Assembly: GCA_035936995.1 (NCBI GenBank)
Contig: DASYVR010000002.1
Span: forward strand, 5,311 to 69,310
Source: Candidatus Dormiibacterota bacterium
GTDB lineage: Bacteria > Chloroflexota > Dormibacteria > CF-121
Length of the DNA: 64,000 bases
Reading direction: 5' to 3'
The position numbers and the translations under genes are program-made. Within the stretch, counting starts at the first letter, position 1; each line of letters starts with the position of its first letter. Of this stretch, positions 57,103 to 64,000 are shown piece after piece. The notes below the pieces were generated by a model, which was not told the origin of the DNA, made no database searches, and saw only the letters and a program-made list of their open reading frames with translations.

Positions 57103-57534
57103 ATGGACGTTGGCGAGACCGTCAGCGTCCGGTCCGCAGATGCATGGCGACGCTGGCTGGCCAGGCATCATCAAGACAAGAAAGAAATCTGGCTGATTTA
57201 TTACAAGAAGACATCGCGCAAGTCGGGCATCAGCTACGAAGACTCTGTCCAGGAGGCCCTGGCCTACGGCTGGATCGACGGCCAGACGAAGTCGATCGAC
57301 GACGCGACCTACGCGGGCCGGTTCACGCCACGCAAGCCAAACAGCAACTGGTCGGCCTCGAACATCGCGCGCATCAAGAAGCTCCTCGCCGAGGGCCGCA
57401 TGGCTGAGCCCGGCCTGGCCCTGCTCCCGCAAAGCCTGCGGCCTACCGGGAAGAATTCCCTCCCCCTGCGAGGGAGGGCCAGGACTGGCGATCCCCTCCC
57501 CGTCCGGGGGAGGGCCAGGGAGGGAGCTTCATGA
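57103..57534 (+). CDS. YdeI/OmpD-associated family protein; C-terminal tail read through repeat copies
   Basis: WRRWLARHH...IWLIYYKK...AYGWIDGQ pattern; the last ~25 codons are encoded by the repeat pair 57466..57527. Confidence 0.55.
   Translation: MDVGETVSVRSADAWRRWLARHHQDKKEIWLIYYKKTSRKSGISYEDSVQEALAYGWIDGQTKSIDDATYAGRFTPRKPNSNWSASNIARIKKLLAEGRMAEPGLALLPQSLRPTGKNSLPLRGRARTGDPLPVRGRAREGAS
57466..57527 (+). repeat. Two adjacent G/C-rich hairpin repeat copies
   Basis: ttccctccccctgcgagggagggccagg and cccctccccgtccgggggagggccagggaggg. Confidence 0.8.
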
Positions 57535-58151
57535 CCCTGCATCTTGTCGAGCATCCCCTCGTGGCGCACTACCTGACTCGTTTGCGCGACCGGGAGACGA
57601 CCCCCGATGAGTTTCGCGAAGCCTCGGACAAGATCATCACGTTGTTGCTCTACGAGGCGACTCGCGACCTGCGCACCCGGACGTTTCGGATGCACACACC
57701 CCTCGAAGAGACCGACGGCTATGCTATCGGCGACCGGGTGGTCGCGGTCCCCATCCTGCGGGCCGGCCTTGGGCTGCTCGGGCCGGTGCTCGAGCTGCTG
57801 CCCCACGTGACGGTCGGCTACATCGGCTTGGAGCGCGATGAGCGGACGGCGATTGCCTCCCGCTACTATGTCAAGCTGCCGCCGGATATCGCCGGTAAAG
57901 CCGTCATGATCCTGGACCCGATGCTGGCGACCGGTGGCACGGCGACCAAAGCGGTCGAGATCATGAAGGAATACCAGCCGGCAAGCGTTCGCCTAGTGTG
58001 CGTCGTGGCGGCTCCCGAGGGGATCGAGGCGCTGGAGGCAGCGCACCCGGACGTGCAGATTTTCGCGGCGGCGCGGGATCGCCAGCTGAACGTCCAGAAA
58101 TACATTCTGCCCGGGCTGGGCGACTACGGCGATCGCCTCTTCGGTACCTGA
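57531..58151 (+). CDS. upp: Uracil phosphoribosyltransferase
   Basis: HPLVAHYLTRLRD, PILRAGLG, MILDPMLATGGT PRPP-binding motif. Confidence 0.9.
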   Translation: MTLHLVEHPLVAHYLTRLRDRETTPDEFREASDKIITLLLYEATRDLRTRTFRMHTPLEETDGYAIGDRVVAVPILRAGLGLLGPVLELLPHVTVGYIGLERDERTAIASRYYVKLPPDIAGKAVMILDPMLATGGTATKAVEIMKEYQPASVRLVCVVAAPEGIEALEAAHPDVQIFAAARDRQLNVQKYILPGLGDYGDRLFGT

Positions 58152-59167
58152 CGGCCGCTGTCCTGATTCTTGTCGTCTGCCTGTTGCTGTTGGTGCAGGC
58201 CGGCGCCAGTGGGACCCGTCCGAAGCCAGCCACCGCCGCCACAACGGCCACGACCGCCACGTCCAGCTGCGTCAAGAAATTTTCCATCGGCTTCGTGGCC
58301 GATGTCGCCGGCCTCAATTCCCGCGCTGACGCCGCCGCCTGGCAGGGCGTTGGCGAGGCGCTGCGCCACCGTCCTTGCGCCCACGCGTACCTGGCGATCC
58401 CGACCCGCCCATCTCAGTACGGTCAGGTCCTTCAGGCCTACGCCGGATATGACATCGTGATCGCCGGCAGCTTCTTACTGACCAGCGCCGTCGTCGACGC
58501 GGCGCGAGCCAATCCAGACACGCACTTCCTGCTCGTCGACCCGATCGTCGCTCCCGCGGGTCCGGCCAATCTGGCCGTGCTGACGTTTCGGGACGACCAG
58601 GCAGCCTATCTCGCTGGCGCGCTGGCCGGCATGGTGACAAAGACCGGGGTCATCGCCGGCGTCTACGGACCCGGCGGCGCGCCTGATCAGCGCGATCGCA
58701 CCGGCTTCGAGCACGGCGCCCTGTACGTCAGACCCGGCGTCCGGGTGCTCGGCGCTTACCAGCCGGCGGCAGACGGCCGGCCGTATGACAATCCGGCTTG
58801 GGGCGCGGCGCAAGCCCGGGCATTTGTCCAACTGGGCGCGGACGTGATCTTTGGGACCGGCGGCACGACCGGGCAGGGGGCATTGCTGGGCGCGGCCCAA
58901 GCGGGGAGCCTCTGCATCGGCGCCGAGGTCGACTCGTCGCTGGACCCAGCCGCCAGATCTTGCCTGCTGGCCAGCAGCATGAAATTCATCGATCGCGGCG
59001 TCGCCTTGACGGTCGCCGATGCGGCCGCCGGCCACTGGGCTGGCGGCGTCCATGCGGTCGGCCTGGCGGAAGGCGCCGTCGAGCTCGGTTCGCTCCGGCG
59101 CGAGTTGTTGCCCGGGCAACTGGAACGGTTACAAACGATCGCCGGCCTGCTGGCCGCCGGGTCTTAA
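58148..59167 (+). CDS. BMP family (PnrA-like) nucleoside-binding lipoprotein; start codon unresolved
   Basis: Signal-peptide-like TAAVLILVVCLLLLVQAGAS begins right at the upp stop with no in-frame ATG/GTG; only a CTG at 58148 or TTG at 58184; BMP-family body (FSIGFVADVAGLNSRAD...). Confidence 0.5.
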   Translation: MTAAVLILVVCLLLLVQAGASGTRPKPATAATTATTATSSCVKKFSIGFVADVAGLNSRADAAAWQGVGEALRHRPCAHAYLAIPTRPSQYGQVLQAYAGYDIVIAGSFLLTSAVVDAARANPDTHFLLVDPIVAPAGPANLAVLTFRDDQAAYLAGALAGMVTKTGVIAGVYGPGGAPDQRDRTGFEHGALYVRPGVRVLGAYQPAADGRPYDNPAWGAAQARAFVQLGADVIFGTGGTTGQGALLGAAQAGSLCIGAEVDSSLDPAARSCLLASSMKFIDRGVALTVADAAAGHWAGGVHAVGLAEGAVELGSLRRELLPGQLERLQTIAGLLAAGS

Positions 59168-59269
59168 CGACCGGTGCCTGACCGGCCCCTGACCCGAAGA
59201 TTTACCAAGAATTAGGTGCTACAATCGCCCGGAATCGCGGGGTCTCACTACCTGTGAAGGGGAGGACGT

Positions 59270-60442
59270 ATGACGAAGCAACCCGTTCGTTTCCTTAGCC
59301 TTGGAGTCGGTCTGACGCTGTCCACTTTCCTGGCCGCCTGCGGTGGGGGCGGGGGCGGAGGCACAACCGCAAACACGTCTGCGTGCGCCTCGAGTCTCGC
59401 GGCGCAGAACCAATCGACCGGCTCCCAAACAGCCTCTCTGAGGTCCGTGCCGGCCATGCCGAACAGCGTTTCGACGCGCACGCCGGCCGCGCCAAAGGCC
59501 GCGGGAAAGATCAAGGTGGGCCTGGTCACCGACACGGGCGGCCTGAATGACAAGAGCTTCAACCATCTGGCCTATGTCGGCCTGCAAAAGGCGATCAGCG
59601 ACCTCGGCATTCAGGGCGATGTCGTCGAGTCGAAGAGCGGCGACGACTATGTGCCGAACCTGACCAACTTCGCCTCCAAGGGTTACGACCTGGTGATTGG
59701 CAACGGGTTCCTGATGCAGCCCCCCATCGGCGCGGTGTCCGGCCAGTTCCCGAACGTTCATTTCGCGATCGTGGATGGCCATGGCACGGATAAGAACTTC
59801 GCCGATCTCAAGCATTCGAACGTCCAGGCCTTGCTCTTCAAGGAGCAGGAGTCGGGTGCGCTCGTCGGCCTGATCGCTGGCATGCTGGAGAAGCAAGGCA
59901 AGACGGCGACTAAGCAGCACGTGATTGGTGCGGTCGGCGGCATCAGCATCCCGCCGGTCAACCACTACATTGCCGGCTACAAGTGGGCGGCCTGCCGAGC
60001 CGACAACTCGATCAACGTCCTCGTCGGCTATTCCAACGACTTCAACAACACCGCCGCGTGCCGCGGCGTCGCCAACAGCCAGATCGGGCGGGGGGCCGAC
60101 GTGGTCTTCCAGGTTGCCGGTGGCTGTGGGCTTGGGGCGCTGCAGGCAGCCGGCCAGTCGAAGGTCTACAGCATCGGCGTGGACGCCGACCAGAAAGATG
60201 CCGATCCGTCGGTGATCGTCAGCGCACTCAAGAAAGTCGATAGCGCGGTCTTCAATTCGATCAAGAGCGTCAGCACCGGTACGTTCCAGGGTGGCGAGAC
60301 CATTTTCAGCCTGAAGAACGACTCGACCGGTTACCAGGTCGATAATTTGACACTGCCTTCAGATATCGCGGCGGCCGCCGATGACCTGGCCGCCAAGATG
60401 AAGGCCGGGACCATCACACCGCCAGCCGATATTCCGAAGTAG
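59270..60442 (+). CDS. BMP family ABC transporter substrate-binding lipoprotein
   Basis: LAACGGGG lipobox; KIKVGLVTDTGGLNDKSFN BMP signature; GGAGGA-type RBS upstream. Confidence 0.8.
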   Translation: MTKQPVRFLSLGVGLTLSTFLAACGGGGGGGTTANTSACASSLAAQNQSTGSQTASLRSVPAMPNSVSTRTPAAPKAAGKIKVGLVTDTGGLNDKSFNHLAYVGLQKAISDLGIQGDVVESKSGDDYVPNLTNFASKGYDLVIGNGFLMQPPIGAVSGQFPNVHFAIVDGHGTDKNFADLKHSNVQALLFKEQESGALVGLIAGMLEKQGKTATKQHVIGAVGGISIPPVNHYIAGYKWAACRADNSINVLVGYSNDFNNTAACRGVANSQIGRGADVVFQVAGGCGLGALQAAGQSKVYSIGVDADQKDADPSVIVSALKKVDSAVFNSIKSVSTGTFQGGETIFSLKNDSTGYQVDNLTLPSDIAAAADDLAAKMKAGTITPPADIPK

Positions 60443-60505
60443 GCTGAAGCATGATATAAGGAGCGGGTCGCCCGTGCGATCCGCTCCTAATTCGCTGGAG
60501 ATGAC

Positions 60506-61693
60506 GTGGTGCGCCTAGCCCGGACGCTTGCCCTCCCGGTCGGCTCCCTGATCTTCGCGTTCCTCGTCGGAGGGATCATCGTGGCCCTGACGGGTGGTGA
60601 CCCCTTCCGGGCCTACCGCAGCTTGGCGTGCGGCGGCTTCGGCATCCTCTGCTTTCGTGGGGAAAACACTGCCCTGCAGATCTCCAACACGATCATCTTC
60701 CTCACGCCGCTGATCATGACCGGGGTGGCCGTCGCCCTCGCCTTCCGAGGCGGCTTGTTCAATATCGGTGCTGAAGGTCAGCTGATTGCGGGCGCGATTG
60801 CCTGCACCTTCGTCGGCATCCAGCTGTCGAGCTGGCCGGCGCCGATTCTCCTGCCGCTGGTCTTGATCGTCGGCGCGCTGGCCGGGGCGGCGTGGGGTGG
60901 AATCGTGGGTGTGCTCAAAGCGGTCACCGGCGCCCACGAAGTCGTGACGACCATCATGCTCAACTACGTCGCCCAGTGGTCGCTGCGTTTTCTCATCATT
61001 GGCGGTCCCCTGCAGGCGCCGAACGGCTTCTCCGCCTCTTCACCAATCGGTACGGGCGCACAGCTCGCGACCTTGCTGCCGCAGGAAGGCGGGAGGATCT
61101 TCGGCCTGCCCTCCAGCGTCTACGGTGCCCATGTCGGTGTCTTCATCGCGCTGCTGGCGGCGGCCGCGTATGCGTTTCTGCTTTGGCGGACGTCGCTTGG
61201 CTACGAGATTCGGGCGGTCGGCCAGAGCCAGCGCGCCGCGCGTTATGCCGGCGTCAGCGTCCGCCGCACCATCATCGTGACCATGCTCATCTCGGGCGCC
61301 TTTGCCGGCCTGGCCGGCGCGGTCCAGGTCGCCGGCGTCGACCACAACCTGACGGATAAGTACTTCGTCGACACCACTGGTTTCGACGCGATTGCCGTGG
61401 CGCTCCTGGGGCTGACCACCGCCGTGGGCATCGTCCTCGCCGCCATCCTCTTCGGGGCCCTGCACGCCGGCAGCGCGGTCATGCAGAGTGACGCTGGCAT
61501 TTCGTCCAGCCTGGTGCTCGTGCTGCAGGCGCTGATCCTATTCAGCATCGCGGCCAATTTCCTCGGCGCGATCAAGCTTCGCCTTCCGGCCATCGGGCGG
61601 ACGCCGGCCACACCGGACGCTGGGGCCTCCGCCATCGCCCCAGCCACTGAGGCCGACACGACGCTCGCCGCCGATACGGAGAGCACGGCGTGA
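60506..61693 (+). CDS. ABC transporter permease (nucleoside/sugar-type)
   Basis: About 9-10 TM helices; GTG start. Confidence 0.75.
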   Translation: MVRLARTLALPVGSLIFAFLVGGIIVALTGGDPFRAYRSLACGGFGILCFRGENTALQISNTIIFLTPLIMTGVAVALAFRGGLFNIGAEGQLIAGAIACTFVGIQLSSWPAPILLPLVLIVGALAGAAWGGIVGVLKAVTGAHEVVTTIMLNYVAQWSLRFLIIGGPLQAPNGFSASSPIGTGAQLATLLPQEGGRIFGLPSSVYGAHVGVFIALLAAAAYAFLLWRTSLGYEIRAVGQSQRAARYAGVSVRRTIIVTMLISGAFAGLAGAVQVAGVDHNLTDKYFVDTTGFDAIAVALLGLTTAVGIVLAAILFGALHAGSAVMQSDAGISSSLVLVLQALILFSIAANFLGAIKLRLPAIGRTPATPDAGASAIAPATEADTTLAADTESTA

Positions 61694-62640
61694 GCTTCCT
61701 CGGAGACATCGGCGGGCTGCTTCTCACGGCCGACCTCTGGCACGCCACGCTGGAGGCCGCCGTCCTACTGCTGCTGCCGGCCCTGGGCGGGGTGATCTCC
61801 GAGCGCAGCGGCGTCGTCAACATTGCCATGGAGGGGATGATGCTCACGGGAGCATTTTTTGCCGTTGTCGCGACGCTCGCCTGGCATAACCCCTGGCTGG
61901 GCACCCTGGTGGCCGTGCTCGCAGGCGGCCTGATCGCCTTAATTCACGCCATCGTCTCGATCCGTTTCCGCGCCGACCAGATCGTGAGTGGCGTCGCGAT
62001 CAACATCTTCGCCGCGGGGTTGACCGTCTTCCTGGTGAACCGGATCTATGGCCTCCAGGACGTCGGCCATGTCGCTCCCTCCGCGCTGCTGCCGAACCTG
62101 ACCATTCCGATTTTGAACAGTATTCCGTTCCTGGGACGCGTGCTCTTCCAGCAAAACGTGATGGTCTACGTCGCTCTCGTCCTCCTGCTTGTGACTCATG
62201 TCGTGCTATTTCGGACGCGGCTGGGACTGCGGGTCCGGGCGGTCGGCGAGCGTCCGCAGGCCGCCGACACGGCGGGGATCAACGTTTTCCGAGTCCGCTA
62301 CGCCGCGGTCGTCACCAGCGGTATGCTCTCCGGGCTCTCGGGCGCCTTCCTGGCGATCGGCATCTCGAACACGTTCGTGCCGAACATGACCAGCGGCCGT
62401 GGCTACATCGCGCTGGCCGCCATGATCTTCGGCAAGTGGACGCCCTTCGGCGCCTTCGTGGCCTGCCTGATTTTCGGCCTGGGCCAGGCGATCTATGACA
62501 ACAATTCCATCATCAGCGTGTCGCCGTACCTGCTCAGCATGCTGCCCTATATCTTGGTTCTGGTCGTGCTGGCCACCATCGTGCGTCGCAGCAGCCCGCC
62601 GGCGGCGGACGGCATTCCGTATGTACCCGGTGCTGAATGA
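61690..62640 (+). CDS. ABC transporter permease
   Basis: Overlapping start, ~9 TM helices. Confidence 0.75.
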   Translation: MSFLGDIGGLLLTADLWHATLEAAVLLLLPALGGVISERSGVVNIAMEGMMLTGAFFAVVATLAWHNPWLGTLVAVLAGGLIALIHAIVSIRFRADQIVSGVAINIFAAGLTVFLVNRIYGLQDVGHVAPSALLPNLTIPILNSIPFLGRVLFQQNVMVYVALVLLLVTHVVLFRTRLGLRVRAVGERPQAADTAGINVFRVRYAAVVTSGMLSGLSGAFLAIGISNTFVPNMTSGRGYIALAAMIFGKWTPFGAFVACLIFGLGQAIYDNNSIISVSPYLLSMLPYILVLVVLATIVRRSSPPAADGIPYVPGAE

Positions 62641-62672
62641 TGCCCACGCCACCTGCGGCCGCGGGACAGTCC

Positions 62673-64000
62673 ATGAGTGAGCCGCTGTTGGCCGTCGAGA
62701 TGCGCAGCGTCACGAAGATCTTTCCGGGCGTCGTCGCGAACGATCACGTCGACTTCCAGGTCCGCCAGGGCGAGATCCACGCGATCGTCGGTGAGAATGG
62801 CGCCGGCAAGACTACGCTGATGAATGTTCTCTACGGGCTGATCCACGCCGACACGGGCGAGATCCTGATCGAGGGCAAGCCGGCCCATATCCAGGGCCCG
62901 CGCGACGCCATCAAGCACGGGATCGGCATGGTGCATCAACACTTCATGCTGATCCCGGTCTTCACCGTCGGCGAGAATGTTGTTCTCGGCCACGAGCCGG
63001 TGACGCCCGGCGGCTTCTACGACCACGCGCAAGCGCGGACCGCGATCACGGACCTGACGCGCCGCTACGGCCTTGCGCTCGACCCCGACGCCCGGGTCGG
63101 TGACCTGCCGGTCGGCCTGCAGCAACGCGTCGAGATCGTCAAGGTCCTGTACCGGGGGGCGAGGATCTTGATCCTTGATGAGCCTACCGGCGTCCTGACG
63201 CCGCAGGAGTCGATGGAGCTATTCCGCGTCCTCCGCGACCTGGTCGGCGGCGGCAAGACGATTATTTTTATCTCGCACAAGCTAAAAGAAGTGCTCGAGA
63301 TCTCGGATCGCATTACCGTCATGCGCCGCGGCAGGGTCGTGGGCCACCTGGTCACCAAAGACACCGACGAGGCCGCGATCGCCCGTCTGATGGTCGGCCG
63401 CGAGGTGCTGCTCCGTGTCGAAAAGGCGCCCGCCAAGCCCGGGCCATCGGCTTTGCGGGTCGAGAATCTGACGGCGAATTCGGACCGGGGCGTGGCCGCG
63501 CTGCGCGGCGTGTCCTTCGACGTTCATCAGGGCGAGATCCTCGGCATCGCCGGGGTGGAGGGCAACGGGCAGAGCGAGCTGGTCGAAACCCTCGCCGGCA
63601 CCCGCCACGCGGCCGGTGGCAAGATCTTTTTGGGCGAGCGTGAAGTCAGTGCCCTGAACGCCGCCGCCATCCGGCTGGCGGGAGTGAGCCATATCCCGGA
63701 AGACCGTCGCGGCGCGGGACTGGTGCTGAATTATTCCGTCTCCGACAACTTGATCCTGGGCCGGGAGCGCACGCCATTGTTCTCCTGGCACGGGTTGATC
63801 CTGCGTCTCAAGGCGATCTTCAAGTGGGCGCAAAGATTGATCAAAGAATTTGACATCAGGACACCGAGCGCGGCGACCGCGGCCCGAACGCTCTCGGGCG
63901 GCAACCAGCAGAAGATCATCATCGCGCGGGAGATGGCGACCCAGCCGCGCGTGCTGCTGGCTGCCCAGCCGACCCGCGGCGTCGACATCGGCGCCATCGA
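62673..64000 (+). CDS. ABC transporter ATP-binding protein with duplicated ATPase domains; 3' partial at the window end
   Basis: Walker A GENGAGKTT in domain 1; second domain begins ~63500; ORF continues past the window. Confidence 0.85.
   Translation, partial: MSEPLLAVEMRSVTKIFPGVVANDHVDFQVRQGEIHAIVGENGAGKTTLMNVLYGLIHADTGEILIEGKPAHIQGPRDAIKHGIGMVHQHFMLIPVFTVGENVVLGHEPVTPGGFYDHAQARTAITDLTRRYGLALDPDARVGDLPVGLQQRVEIVKVLYRGARILILDEPTGVLTPQESMELFRVLRDLVGGGKTIIFISHKLKEVLEISDRITVMRRGRVVGHLVTKDTDEAAIARLMVGREVLLRVEKAPAKPGPSALRVENLTANSDRGVAALRGVSFDVHQGEILGIAGVEGNGQSELVETLAGTRHAAGGKIFLGEREVSALNAAAIRLAGVSHIPEDRRGAGLVLNYSVSDNLILGRERTPLFSWHGLILRLKAIFKWAQRLIKEFDIRTPSAATAARTLSGGNQQKIIIAREMATQPRVLLAAQPTRGVDIGAI

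Noticed and set aside
8547-57527. CRISPR array interpretation of the recurring G-rich repeats
   Set aside because: Copies are dispersed over 50 kb at irregular spacing, not arrayed with uniform spacers.
57998-58147. N-terminal 50 aa of ORF 57998..59167
   Set aside because: Overlaps the well-supported upp gene in another frame and is Arg/Gly-rich; the BMP protein's signal peptide begins only after the upp stop.

Overview
This is a high-GC (~68%) bacterial chromosomal window with dense coding on both strands. It reads as core genome with some accessory content, and the taxon cannot be fixed from sequence alone; Chloroflexota or an actinomycete-like lineage is a guess based on a Bacillus-type long SRP RNA, a LAXTG sorting signal and BMP lipoproteins.

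Genes I can support:
- Adaptive-response pair: an Ada/AraC-AlkA fusion followed by ogt.
- Aminopeptidase N.
- A phosphoketolase / acetate kinase pair (xfp-ackA).
- An ECF sigma factor with an anti-sigma factor, next to a cell-wall-anchored protein that shares the anti-sigma sensor domain.
- Beta-carbonic anhydrase and proline iminopeptidase.
- A CPBP protease followed by a DesK/NarL-type two-component system and an ABC-2 exporter.
- A c-di-GMP signalling neighbourhood: REC-GGDEF-EAL, a sensor kinase with a CheY-like regulator, and two convergent membrane HAMP-HD-GYP paralogs.
- An HtrA-type protease and a LysE exporter.
- A paaA / DUF59 / paaB / paaC-like oxygenase cluster beside a frameshifted IS1380-family element.
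- TadE/TadG-like pseudopilin genes and MntP.
- A nucleoside salvage and uptake block: pdp, udp/deoD-like, upp, two BMP lipoproteins and an ABC importer that runs off the window end.

Observations I think deserve follow-up:
1. A family of roughly 20 short G/C-rich hairpin elements (consensus TTCCCTCCCCC-loop-GGGGGAGGG-CAGGGTGGGGG) at 16 loci. Every copy has its G-rich strand on the + strand, whatever the orientation of neighbouring genes. They sit mostly at gene 3' ends, are free of stop codons, and in two cases (ackA, LysE) are inserted in-frame inside coding sequence.
2. Two paralogous noncoding elements (44388-44650 and 50450-50930) that share conserved boxes and show a compensatory hairpin change, suggesting an undescribed structured RNA.
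3. A Bacillus-type long SRP RNA with an Alu domain hidden in an ORF-free gap, followed by an FmdB-like zinc-ribbon gene too short to be in the ORF track.
4. A 22-codon relic of a GGDEF C-terminus.
5. An orphan PaaD-type zinc-ribbon tail separated from the paa-like cluster by the IS element and two repeats.

All coordinates come from manual reading of the sequence and the ORF track. Starts are approximate where noted.
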